This document shows positions 25,414-37,095 of a stretch of DNA of 64,000 nucleotides, piece after piece (the stretch's first letter is position 1; each line of letters starts with the position of its first letter). This stretch comes from Eledone cirrhosa (taxonomy: Eukaryota), in assembly GCA_964016885.1 (NCBI GenBank), contig OZ024741.1:278256001-278320000 (forward strand), written 5' to 3'. The position numbers and the translations under genes are program-made. The notes under the pieces are model-generated. The model saw only the letters and a program-made list of their open reading frames with translations, ran no database searches and was not told where the DNA came from.

Positions 25414-26693
25414 TCATAATCTATAAAGCTCAGTGTGTGGTCATGCTCCTTTCTTATAGAAATCTACGATATAGAATTTCTTCAATTGAAATTTACAATT
25501 CAGTATTCGAAATAGTTTCGATTGCATCTTGGCACATCTCATTTTTTCAATTTCCCCCACAATTACGCAAAAAATAGATAAAACTCAATATTTTACGATT
25601 TTTCTCTGTCATTTAAACTGCTAAACTCTTTCCACTACCATTCAAAATCTATACAACTTCATACTTTCTGCTACTTTCTCTTTCCAAGCTTGATGGTGAT
25701 ACTGTCCGTTTTACTCTGTCATATCATCTGCTTCCCTCTATCTACAACCCACACATTTTGCTACTTTCTCTTTTATACTTCAAATTATTACATTTCATAC
25801 GAAACGACAATTATTCAAAAGCAACAGATACATTTATTCAACAACAAGCGATAAATCTTTTTTAAAACCTCTTTTCCAAACGCATACAAACACACACTCA
25901 CTTCAACAACAACAATCTGACTTTTATAGATAATGATAAACAATAATATCCTCTATGAGGTCACTAAACCTGCTATAAACAGCAGCTAACTCTCCCCCAT
26001 ACCACACCCCTCCCTAATGTCTTAAATTTAGAAAACATATCTTCTATGAGGTCACCAAACCTGCTAGAAACAGCAGCTAACTCTCCCCCAAATCACACCA
26101 CTCCCTACTGTCTTAAATTTAGGAAACACATATCCTCTATGAGGTTACTAAACCTGCTAGAAACAGCAGCTAACTCTCCCCCATATCACACCCATCCCTA
26201 CTGTCTTAAATTTAGAAAACATATCTTCTATGAGGTCACTAAACCTGCTAGAAACAGCAGCTAACTCTCCTCCATATCACACCACTCCCTACTGTCTTAA
26301 ATTTAGACAACACATATCCTCTATGAGGTCACTAAACCTGCTAGAAACAACAGCTAACTCTCCCTCATATCACAACCCTCCCTACTGTCTTAAATTTAGA
26401 AAACACACAGACAACCATGCAGAACAACTCCATCGCAGCTCTGTTGTTCGGCTGGCATCGTCTACGCGCGTGTTGCGCAAGTACTGTGAAACAATAAATT
26501 TCAACACTTTTTTGCACAGAGATAATATCCATAGGCGAAACTACAATTGTCACTGTTGGCGCAGCTCATGCTTCCAGGTCTGCAATTCATTCACCCAGTG
26601 CCTGGCAGACAAAAAAGTGCTGCCATAAAATGGGTGGTGCAACCTAACTTTGGAAACTTAATGACCCCGAGCAACGCCGGGCTTTAATGCTAG
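25414..26693 (+). mobile_element. Non-autonomous Helitron 2 (1280 bp) with internal ~94-bp tandem repeats
   Basis: 5' TC (tcataatctataaag); same hairpin ccccgagcaacgccggg (26665-26681); CTAG end; A|T target in (TA)n. Confidence 0.85.
25946..26405 (+). repeat. 5 tandem ~94-bp units inside Helitron 2
   Basis: ctatgaggtcactaaacctgctagaaacagcagctaactctccc...ctactgtcttaaatttagaaaac repeated. Confidence 0.9.
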
Positions 26694-26699
26694 TATATA

Positions 26700-27083
26700 A
26701 TATGGCTTAGTGGTTAGAGCATTGGCCTTGCAATGGAAAGGTTGTGAGTACAATTCTCAGACCGGGTGATGTGTTGTTTCCTTGAGCAAGACACTTTATT
26801 TCACATTGCTCCAGTTTACTCAGCTGTAGAAATGAAATGATAGGGACTGGGGTCCATGTCATTCCATTGTAGAGTGGTCGTGGAGGTGCCACGGCAAAAA
26901 AGCACCCAGCCCACACTGTAAAGTGGACGTGTAGGCGCCACGGAAAAAAAGCACCCAGCACTCACTATAAATGAGGTTGGTGTTAGGAAGGGCATCTTGT
27001 AGAAATCAAGCCAGAATCAGTTCCTGTCCCACCCTTGCAAGCAGGGAAAAGTGGACGTAAAATGAAATGATGAATGATGATGA
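26700..27083 (+). mobile_element. tRNA-derived SINE with an RTE-like 3' tail, inserted in the satellite
   Basis: A-box-like tggcttagtgg; core ccttgagcaagacacttta; tail ggttggtgttaggaagggcatc...ggacgtaaaatga(tga)n shared with the LINE 3' UTR. Confidence 0.75.
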
Positions 27084-27994
27084 CACTATAGTTGGGTATA
27101 TTGGTATTTCATTTGATATATATATATATACACTATAGTTGGGTATATTGGTATTTTATTTGATATATATACAATATACACTATAGTTGGATATATTGGT
27201 ATTTTATTTGATATATATACAATATACACTATAGTTGGATATATTGGTATTTTATTTGATATATATACAATATACACTATAGTTGGATATATTGGTATTT
27301 TATTTGATATATATACAATATACACTATAGTTGGATATATTGGTATTTTATTTGATATATATACAATATACACTATAGTTGGATATATTGGTATTTTATT
27401 TGATATATATACAATATACACTATAGTTGGATATATTGGTATTTTATTTGATATATATACAATATACACTATAGTTGGATATATTGGTATTTTATTTGAT
27501 ATATATACAATATACACTATAGTTGGATATATTGGTATTTTATTTGATATATATACAATATACACTATAGTTGGATATATTGGTATTTTATTTGATATAT
27601 ATACAATATACACTATAGTTGGATATATTGGTATTTTATTTGATATATATACAATATACACTATAGTTGGATATATTGGTATTTTATTTGATATATATAC
27701 AATATACACTATAGTTGGATATAGTGGTATTTTATTTGATATATATATACAATATACACTATAGTTGGATATATTGGTATTTTATTTGATATATATATAC
27801 AATATACACTATAGTTGGGTATATTGGTATTTTATTTGATATATATACAATATACACTATAGTTGGGTATATTGGTATTTTATTTGATATATATACAATA
27901 TACATTCTAGTGGGATATATTGGTATTTTATTTGATATATATACAATATACACTATAGTGGGATATATTGGTATTTTATTTGATATATATATAC

Positions 27995-28235
27995 AGGTGT
28001 AGATGAATAGCTTGTGAGAGCTATATATAAAGAAACAGTCAGCAAGGTTAGAATTAATAATGAATATAGTGAAGAATTTAGCGTAAAAGTTGGTGTTCAT
28101 CAAGGCTCTGTCCTTAGCCCCCTCCTATTTATTATTGCCCTTCAGGCTATAACAGAGGAGTTTAAGACTGGCTGCCCATGGGAACTTCTATACGCAGATG
28201 ATCTAACTCTCATAGCTGAATCTATGGCTGAACTA
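27995..28235 (+). mobile_element. RTE LINE fragment C'' (same 5' junction as copy C; 3' part deleted)
   Basis: tatatac-aggtgtagatgaatagcttgtg shares the junction and TAG with C/C'; YADD retained. Confidence 0.85.
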
Positions 28236-28507
28236 TGTACACTATAGTTGGTTATTGGAATTTTATTTGTTGTACACTATTCTTTCTCAGATTGGATTCC
28301 TCCTGTCCGTAACGATCCTCCTTAATTCCTCCTTTGGTTTTCTTTACCTAGGAGCCAAGTGCCACCCTGTTTAGGAACTGATATTTTCTAGAATCATTTT
28401 GTATAATTAGAATGAGATTACGTCCAATGTTTGTGACAAGACGGTAAACCAGACTATAATGATGATGATGATGATGATGATGATCATGAGAACCACATCT
28501 CTTTCAG

Positions 28508-28720
28508 GTTGAAAATTCGTGGAAGAAAATTGAATTTATTGTTTTACCATATAAAGATTATGCCGACACATATATACTGGGAGGAACTGATGACATCCAA
28601 CAAACTCTTGATGACAGTATAATTAACATTTCTACCATAGCAAGTTCACGCTTTGTTGGTCCCATCAAAGCCCGTGTAGAAGAATGGCAAGTTGATTTGG
28701 AACTTGTTGGAAAGACTTTG
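28508..28720 (+). CDS. DNAH6: Dynein heavy chain exon (VENSWKKIEF...ILGGTDDIQQTLDDS...VGKTL)
   Basis: ttcag/gtgagt; 213 nt, phase 0; ILGGTDDIQ..LDDS..STIASSRFVGPIK typical of DNAH6. Confidence 0.9.
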
Positions 28721-29307
28721 GTGAGTTTCTCTTAAAGCATCATTTTTTACTGTATTTTTAATGAAATTTATTTTGAGAAGAATACTTTAACATCAGTATG
28801 AGCAGCCAGTTACAGTCAGTTTGAACAGAAAGAGGTGAGAGAATTCTGATCGGATACGGCCTATTTAAATGCTAAAGGGTTAAATAGGAACACTGTTTCA
28901 ATTAAGGAAAAAAGAATTTTGAGGAATTTACTAAAATTATTTATTATTTCATTACTAAAATAATACCATATGGTTCTTAAAACCCAAAAGTTGGATCTTG
29001 GGTGGTGGACTTCATCCATTACTTGGTTCAATACCACTACCACCTGACTCTTAGGTACCGCTAACAGAATTCACTCTTTGTTGAAAGCATTCAGGCCAGG
29101 TCTAATTAATGAAGAATTTTGATGGGTTTACTAAAATTATTAGTTATTTCATTACTAAGATAGTAACTTAATGTAAGGTTCTTATGTAAAATTATGTTGG
29201 AAGATTTGAATTTAAATAGGAACCCTTTAAAGTGGATGATTTTGGTTCATAGAACCAGAACTGGTTTTGGCCAAGTTGATATCAAAAGGGCTAAATTTCT
29301 TCTCTTT

Positions 29308-29480
29308 CAGTAGTAGTAGCAGCAGCAGCAGTAGTGGTGGTAATGGTTTTGGTGGTGGTGGTAGTAATAATAGTAGTAGTGGTGGAGATGATAGCAGTGG
29401 TAGTAGTGGTGGTGGTAATAGTAGTGGTGATGGTGGTGGTGATAGTAGTAGTAGTAGTGGTGGTGGTGATAGTAGTAGTG
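29308..29480. repeat. (AGT)n/(GGT)n compound trinucleotide microsatellite
   Basis: Direct sequence. Confidence 0.9.
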
Positions 29481-30029
29481 TTTCATCCAATCTCTTAGGA
29501 AAGTGAAGCATTGATGCAGTTTTAACTTCATCATAGATTTTTTTTAAATAGCTGCTTTACTGCAATGATTTGTCACTTCTATTGCAAGTTATCTGGTGAT
29601 AGAAAGCAGGATTTGAACTCAGATCACATTGAGCCAGACTACAGAAAGACAAGACCCTGCACTTCATTTGCTTACTGAGTGAGATGGAACTCTTCAGGCT
29701 GGACCAAGGAAACATTGTTTCTATTGATCTTTCCATTGCCAATACTATATGACAGTCACAACTCCTGGCAGAAAGAGCAATATGAAATAAAGTGTCTTGA
29801 TCAAGGACATAATGCATTGCCTGGTCCTGGAATTGAACTCGCAACCTCATGATTGATTGTGAATCCAACTCCCTAAACACTAAGCCACATGCTTTCATGA
29901 GGCAGAAGAGACACTGCAAATCCTCTCATCCAACTAATAGTTTCACTAATCCATCACCTCTGTATTTGATTGTATTGGTATCATAGGGGTTAAGCATGAC
30001 TTGACACCATGTGTGGCAGTGGGTATGTC

Positions 30030-30375
30030 ATCATCATTGTCATCACTGTTTTTAATGTTCGTTTTTCCACACTTGCTTGGGTTGGACAGATCCTTTTCAG
30101 CACAGCATCTCTCCACTTGCTGCCTTCCTTCATCATTTCCTCTGTGAGCCTCACCACCTCTGCCCAGGTCTTCTTTGGCTTACTTCTACTTCAGCTTCCT
30201 TCCACTGGGATTTCCTTGTGCATCTTCAAGCTATCATTATCCATGCACATCACATGTCTGTTCCAACACAGTTTTCTCTCTTGTACATCCCTTTGGCTTC
30301 CTCTTAAACTCATTTTTTCCCTCAATTCATCCAAGCTTTGCCTTTCTTTCTCATTTACACTGCACATCCAATGAA
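30030..30375 (-). mobile_element. Decayed 3' end of an RTE LINE
   Basis: Minus-strand MLHWMCSVNEKERQSLDELREK..WNRHVM; (tca)n tail on the left. Confidence 0.7.
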
Positions 30376-30432
30376 GCATATATGTTGATATATATTCTAA
30401 AAACCATACTTTTCTGTTTAAAATTATTTTAG

Positions 30433-30613
30433 GATGCATGGCTTTTGTGCCAGAAAATGTGGCTTTATCTGGAGAGCATTTTTAGTGCACCTGATATCAT
30501 ACGTCAGCTTCCAAGTGAAGGCAAAATGTTCCGACAAGTTGACAAAAGTTTCAAAGATATTATGAGAAAGCTAGTTAAAAGACCTCGAGCTTTAAGAGCA
30601 TGTTTGCAGCCAG
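30433..30613 (+). CDS. DNAH6: Dynein heavy chain exon (DAWLLCQKMWLYLESIFSAPDIIRQLP...CLQPG)
   Basis: tttag/gtaaaa; 181 nt; conserved WxYLESIF..DI.RQLP.E motif. Confidence 0.92.
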
Positions 30614-30672
30614 GTAAAATAAATATATTTATTTATTTTAGTGTGTGCATGTATATGTATATATGTTGCAAG

Positions 30673-30940
30673 CCCGGAGGCTCATGAAGCTGGTGTTTAC
30701 CCCAGTTTCTGTGATGTTAAGCAACTGAGTATACAAAACTCCCCACAGGACATGACACCAGTCCATTGCAGGGTTACACCCCCAGCTATTGCTGGTACTC
30801 ATTTTCAGTTGAGTGTACTGGAGCAACATGAAATGAAGTGTTTGGCTCAAAAACACAGCACATAGTCCAGTCCAGATCGAACCCATGACATTATGATCAT
30901 AAGTCCAAAACCCTTACCATTAAGCCACATGCCTCCACTA
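30673..30940 (-). mobile_element. tRNA-derived SINE (related copies ~29740-29895 and ~39850-39997)
   Basis: Reverse complement has atgtggcttaatggtaag A-box and ggttcgatc B-box; core tgagccaaacacttcatttc similar to the 26700 SINE. Confidence 0.65.
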
Positions 30941-31778
30941 CATACATACACACACACACACACATGTGTACACACATACATACATATATGTGTGTGTATA
31001 TATATATATGAGTGTATGACTTTTAATGCATATGTGTGTATATATATGAGTGTGCATATGTATGTATTTGGTTTAAATATTTATAAGTATCTGTCATAGA
31101 ATAAGTACACCATATCTGTAAACTTATTTTATTGCATTTCATTTTTGTGTTTTTATAAATGTTTTAAAAATTTTTGATATAGCTTGTAGCTGATGTAAGT
31201 ACAATATATTGAATAGAAGTGGGCCCCATACCTAACAACTAACTTAAATAACTTACTTAAAAAGTATAATATTGAAAAACAAACTAAATCCAATTTTTCT
31301 TATATTGCTTGGTGATCATTAATAAATATTTTTCTCACTTCAATTATTTCTAAGTTTAAGAAAAACAAAAAATATAGAAAGAAAGATATCACCATGCTTG
31401 ATTTAATTCTCGCTACTGCCTTAACATAGTCTTTGTATTCTAAGTTAAACAGTGATTACTCAAATAAACAAACTGAAAAAAAACAAAACAAAACAAGGAC
31501 AATAGATTTTTAGGTGGCTCTATATAATAGATAAAGGTGGGGAGAATGATGGGTACCTTTTGTTGTGACATCAACACAACCACCTTACAGAGTGGGCTGG
31601 CTGCTTTTTGTTGATATGTTGATTGTAATATTGTTCTTTGACCTCTGTTATATATGTTTCATTTATTCAGTCACATAATAATGAATATGATCATAGATCT
31701 CATAACACTTTATTTTCTTTATTTAAAACAAAAACTCTATAATTTTATATAAGATTTCTTTAAAACTATTATTTTCAG

Positions 31779-31875
31779 GTCTACTTGAGGCACTCCAGAA
31801 TAACAACACTTTATTAAATTCTATCCAGAAATGTCTCGAAACCTATTTGGAAGTGAAACGATTGAGTTTCCCAAG
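31779..31875 (+). CDS. DNAH6: Dynein heavy chain exon (LLEALQNNNTLLNSIQKCLETYLEVKRLSFPR)
   Basis: ttcag/gttagg; 97 nt, phases 1/2 consistent with neighbours; IQKxLxxYLExKR..FPR motif. Confidence 0.92.
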
Positions 31876-32360
31876 GTTAGGCAAACAGTTTCTTCAAATT
31901 TAATTGACATATTAAAATTTTAAGTAATATTTCAAATATCAGTTTCTTTATGAAAAAGTTAGCTATTCCATTAAATTCTTTAAATTTTCAAAATTAATTG
32001 ATGCACATAGGCATGCAGCCCAGTACAACTTGCTTCATGGTCAAGTGGTTAGTGATTAAACCAGTTTCCCTGCCAGACCCTTGTCTAGTGAGGAGGGTAA
32101 GTGGTATTCCAGCAGCACAAAATACAAGAGCTGTTAAAAGGGTGGATGAATTCCTCAGAGTCATTGGCCATCCACCCCAACAAGTTAAATAGCCTCACCA
32201 ACCTGTAATTGGCCAAGCATGGTGAGTACAGCTACACCTCTGAAGACATGACCAAAACCAAACAGAAAGCGGTGGAGGTCATCTTGGGAGGGGTTCTTTG
32301 ATCAGAAGTGAGAAGGTTCTGGATTGGATTATATAAACAGATGTCAAGAATTATATTTAA

Positions 32361-32610
32361 CTCTTTCCTTACCATATTTCTAAGGAAATACACTACCTTT
32401 GTGTATCAATTAATTTTGAAAATTTTAAGAATTTAATGAAATAAGTAACATTTTCATAATTAAGCTGATGTTTGAAACATTGTTTTAGAATTTCTTAAAT
32501 AAAATTATATGGTTTTAATTGAATAGTTTAAAATATAAATATAAACATTTTAGAATGAGTAGCTGTGTACATAAAATCAGGGTGGTTCCATGTAGGTTGT
32601 ATCAAAAGGG
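32361..32610. mobile_element. TTAA-flanked MITE (piggyBac-type), degenerate
   Basis: ttaa|ctctttccttacc ... atcaaaaggg|ttaa; related end fragment near 48705. Confidence 0.55.
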
Positions 32611-32614
32611 TTAA

Positions 32615-33300
32615 GAGTTGATAAAATAAAGCACCAGTAATGTACTGGGAGTTGAATTTCTGGCCTTGTGCCAAAGGTGGAAACAATTATCAGTTAGATA
32701 ACAAGAGCTGTGGATTGGCTGTATTGGTAGAGCATCAGACAGTATGCTTTGCGGTATATTGTTATGGCCCTTTATGTTCTGAGTTCAAATTCCACCAAGG
32801 TTAGTTTTGCCTTTCATCCTTACAGGGTCGACTAAATAAAGTACCAGTATTGCACTGGGGTGATTTAATCGATTTTCTCTTTTCCCTTCAACTTGCTGAC
32901 CTTGTGCGAAATGTAGAAACAGTTATTAGTCAGATAACTGTTGGTTTAGTAATTGGATGATTACATTAATTGTCAAAGGTCTTTCATCACAGATTCTGTG
33001 ACCTCAATGTCTATTCTTGAAACAGAGGGCCAAAATAGTCATTAAGAAGGTCACAGAGTGTTTGATGAAAGAACTTTGACAATTAAATAACCAATCAGTC
33101 ACTAAACAAAATGATGAATGGATTAGTTAGCTGTCTAACTAATAATTGTTTCTACTTTTGGCACAAGGCCAGCAATTATCCCAGTACATTACTGGTACTT
33201 TATTTTATTGACCCCGTAAGGATGAAAGGCAAAGTTAACCGCGGCGGGATTTGAACTCAGAACTAATAATGCTTTCTTTATTCTTTATTTGTCTAACTAA
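32615..33300. mobile_element. SINE(+) SINE(+) / central inverted repeat / SINE(-) composite
   Basis: SINE core gcctttcatcctt..gggtcga.aaaataaagtaccag in both orientations around an imperfect IR (ttaattgtcaaag..tctgtgacc / ggtcacaga..ctttgacaattaa). Confidence 0.6.
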
Positions 33301-33479
33301 TAATAAAACTAAAGTGAAACTTAACTGGTAGTGAAACTAAAGTGAAACTTAACTTAGTAGCCTGACCCTCCCAAATTCGAAAATTGATTAATTTTGTCAT
33401 TCATTTAGACTTGATTTATGACAAATGATATTTGATTAAATTTGTTAATTTTGAATCTTTCTTTTTTTTGCTATTCTAG

Positions 33480-33619
33480 ATTTTATTTCCTTTCCAATGA
33501 TGAGTTATTAGAAATTCTTGCACAAACAAGAAATCCTCTAGCAGTTCAACCACATATGAAGAAATGCTTTGATGCCATCAATTTACTGGATTTTGGAGAA
33601 AAGGAGAAAGAAGTAGATG
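33480..33619 (+). CDS. DNAH6: Dynein heavy chain exon ([33 protein letters not shown]...)
   Basis: ctag acceptor; hallmark [13 protein letters not shown]; donor G|gtcagt chosen for phase match with the next exon. Confidence 0.9.
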
Positions 33620-34464
33620 GTCAGTAGAAAAATTGTGTTTTTTTTAAATTTTGATATTTTACTACAATGTTAATTTTATAGGTGGATAATTGATAGTCAT
33701 TAGGATGTTGGATTGCATGCTTAGCAGTAATTGTATTCATTCTGGTTCTCTCTGACCTCTGAGTTCAAATCCTGCTGAAGTCAACATTGCCTTTTATCCT
33801 TTCGAGGTTGATAAAAAAAAACGTATCAGTCCAGTACTAGAGTTGATTTATCCTCTGTAACTCTTTCTCACTTCTTCTCTCTCACTTTCCCTCATTCTCT
33901 GTGTTCAGACCTGGAGAGTGGATGGGTGGGCTCCACTAGGTCTAAAGTGCCTAAGACACACTATGTTACAATGACACCTCTATGACTTCATCATGAGTTA
34001 CGAGGGGGGGGGGTCCATACATCCACACACACACACACATACATACATACATATATCCTTTACTATAGTGGTGGGTAGGGTAGTGGTGGCCAAACAGGTG
34101 TTAACAGGTGTTGGATTATCTGAAGTGATTGATACAGAATGCAATACTTATTGGAAAATGAAAACAAAGGAGCCACAAACAATCAATAGATAAGAACTAC
34201 ATGGAGCAGAGTGGATTCTATGACTGCTCCACACATGTTCAATCCAGACACTTGGACCAGTTAAGGAAGGACACACCATTTGTTTTTGTTTTGTTTTGAA
34301 AAGAGGGTATTAACCTTGAAATATTATGGTGAAATATACTGGGTAAAAAACATTTTGTTTTGTTTTATTTATCATCCTTTGTCCTTCATATATTTCCACC
34401 ACATTGTACCAGCTTCCCTACCAATCTATCTTAAAATTATTATTCTGTTTTTCCTGCTTTACAG

Positions 34465-34544
34465 ACACCCAAGTACATGCTGAATCTATGAAAACAATCT
34501 ATGCTATGATATCACCAGAAGGTGAAGTTGTCAGTCTTGGTAGG
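34465..34544 (+). CDS. DNAH6: Dynein heavy chain exon (TQVHAESMKTIYAMISPEGEVVSLGR)
   Basis: tacag/gtaagt; 80 nt; AMxSPEGExV motif. Confidence 0.88.
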
Positions 34545-35794
34545 GTAAGTGATATCTGTATTGAATTATATGGCAAACATTAAATGATGATGAAGATGAT
34601 GATGATATATGTATAAATCATCATCATCCTTAGCTTTCTCTGTTTGCAAGGGTTGGACAGGTCATCCCAGACCAAGTCAATACTTAGTCAGAGTTACTGA
34701 CCTGTCAGACTATCTAGGGGATGGATTATATTTACATTAGTCCCTGCACTCTGTAGAGTATACTGGGTGTATTTCATCATGGCACCAGCAGTAGGGAGGT
34801 AGTCTTTGACACAACTGAAAAGCCTTACCCTTTGTTTGTTAGGTTTTCTCACACCAACCATTTACACAGTGTTCAGTCTCTTCTCTTTGTTATTTCTACT
34901 GATGCTACATTGATCCCTGCTTCTCAGAACTGTTTAACCTTGCACTACCTTGATTCAGACACCCTTGCTTTACTTGTCTCTCCTCTTCCTCTCATCACCT
35001 ATACTATGTACAATTGTTCTTTTGTCTAAGGCCTTGCATTAACCAGTTCTTCTTTCCCAGAGCATTGTAATTTTCTCCCTGCACATGTTATTTCCCTAAG
35101 AGTTGACCTGCAACAGTTTAAACTGAACATCCACAGCCCCTTTCTCCAGATCTAGCAAATATAAATAAATAAATAAATAAATAAATAAAAAGAAATATTA
35201 GGGCCACATTGGTCATCTAAGGTTTTTTCTTCCAAATAATATAAAACTACTTTGTTTTATTTGCACTCACTTTACTCTTTACTATTCTTATTGATATACA
35301 CATTTCTTTCACAACTGTTGTGTATGTCTACATGTTAATTCCTTCAGCTTTACTCATTTACTGTACATCTTACATCTTTGCCAATGTTTCCAAACTGAAA
35401 TTCTATTTGAAAATGTTTGACTTCCAAATGCTGAACATAATTGTAACAATGTCTACCACTATAGATAATAGAGACAATAAGTTGCCAGAGGCACCAATGA
35501 GGAAGTTGCTTAAGGCCAGTTTTTCCACCTCTAAGGTTAATTTACCCAATTTTCTCAACTATTATTTATAGAGTTACGTTCAGCATTCGGGAGTCTCACA
35601 TCGTCAAATTACAAACACTCCCATCACTTCAATGATTTGTATGGTTTATGAAATGTTATTATTTTCTTTTTGGTGAGTCAAATTACTTGATAAAGTTTCC
35701 TTAGGTCAGTACCATAATTATTTAATTATTTCATGAATCAAAAAATAGTTTCTGCAGAATAACCAGTTTAACTTTGAATTCTTTCCCTCGTCAG

Positions 35795-36125
35795 GTAGTG
35801 AATTGGCAGAGTTGTTAGAACATTGGAGAAAATGTTATGTCGTATTTGTTCTGGCTTTCAGCTCTTTGAGTTCAAATCCTACTGAGGTCAACTTTGCCTC
35901 TCATCCTTTCGAGGTTGGTAAAAAAAAGTACCAGTCTAGTACTGAGGTCAATTCTTCCTCTATATCTCTTTCTCATTTCTGTTCTATCACTCTCTCTGTC
36001 TCCTCTGGAAGATATTGACCATGTTCAGACTTGGAGAGGTGATGATCTCCACTAGGTTTGAAATATTCAAGACATGATCTATGTCACAATGGTGTCCCTA
36101 CAACTCCATCAGGAGTTAAGTGTCC
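35795..36125 (+). mobile_element. Long SINE variant with alternative 3' tail followed by (ATAC)n; similar copies ~33680-34020 and ~57110-57440
   Basis: tggcagagttgttaga A-box; gagttcaaatcc B-box; gcct.tcatcctttcgaggttg core; tail gttcagacttggagag..ctccatcaggagtta..ccatac. Confidence 0.7.
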
Positions 36126-36637
36126 ATACATACATATATACATACTTACATATAAACATACATACAAACACACATACATAAATACATATATACATTCATA
36201 CACACATATATACACACACATACACACATACACATACATACTCACACACACACACCAACAGCTGGAATTTACATGTAGATTCAAAGATATTCAGGAGTTA
36301 ATAAACAAACCTTAATACTTTCAGTTATATTTAATTCTACATGAAGTCATTGTATGGTTCCTACAAATTAGTAAATTCTATTCATCATCATCATCTAGTT
36401 TAACATCTTTATTTGTCACAAACATTGGACGTTTTGGTATCCTCTCTCAAAACATCTCCTTAGGATAGGTTTTGGTCCAGGTTCCACGCTTTCAAATCAT
36501 CCCTGATTACCTTTTCCCAGGTTTTACATGTGAGCTCTCTTTCCCTGTCTACCAGGTGCCACAATCTTGGTACATTGATGTATCCATCCACCACTATTAT
36601 TCACATGTCAAAACCAGTACAGTCTGCAATGTCTTAA

Positions 36638-36858
36638 CCCTTTAGCATTTAAACCGGTCGTATCCGGCCAGAATTCTCTCACCTCTTCCTGTTCAAACTG
36701 GTTGTAGCTGGCTGCTCATACTTAAGTTAAGGTATTGTTCTCAAAATATATAATATCAAAATCTCGTAGATTCGATATTATTTGAGATAATTATTTAAGA
36801 TAAAGCCTTTACAGTGAAAATACAATAGTATATATAGAGTAATGTAAATGCTAAAGGG
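36638..36858. mobile_element. piggyBac-type MITE (other copies 60643-60860 and a partial ending at 28879)
   Basis: TTAA TSDs; TIR CCCTTTAGCATTTA / TAAATGCTAAAGGG. Confidence 0.85.
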
Positions 36859-36948
36859 TTAAAACAAAGTTGAGTGCTGGTATTTTTATCAAGTAAATGA
36901 TTCTGATGAGAATATAAAACAATATTTTTTATAAAATTTTTGTATTAG

Positions 36949-37095
36949 GACTTAAAGACCCGTGGAAATGTTGAAGATTGGCTTTGCAAAGTGGAAGAAG
37001 CAATGTTTACTAGCATACGGCAATTACTTAAACGAGCTCTCACAGATTTTGATGAAATGGAATATAAAAAATGGCTATTTGCCTTCCCAAATCAG
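36949..37095 (+). CDS. DNAH6: Dynein heavy chain exon (DLKTRGNVEDWLCKVEEAM...FPNQ)
   Basis: attag/gtaaat; 147 nt; RGNVEDWL..VEEAM motif. Confidence 0.92.

Larger units (their letters stand above)
5023..28280. repeat. 48-bp AT-rich satellite array (tacactatagttggatatattggtattttatttgatatatatacaata)n with TE insertions
   Basis: Over 100 tandem units; variants (gggt/ggat/ggtt, tttca, 5-bp deletion, (TA)n expansion); source of the YTIVGYIGILFDIYTI pseudo-ORFs. Confidence 0.97.

Noticed and set aside
5023-28000. Many ORFs of (YTIVGYIGILFDIYTI)n and (IPIYPTIVYIVYISNK)n
   Set aside because: They result from a 48-bp unit divisible by 3; frames are broken by indel variants, with no real starts or splice signals
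5023-28280. CRISPR-like array
   Set aside because: Pure tandem units without unique spacers, eukaryotic context and no cas genes
29227-29534. Poly-Ser/Gly, poly-His/Tyr and poly-Pro/Leu ORFs
   Set aside because: Translations of a trinucleotide microsatellite
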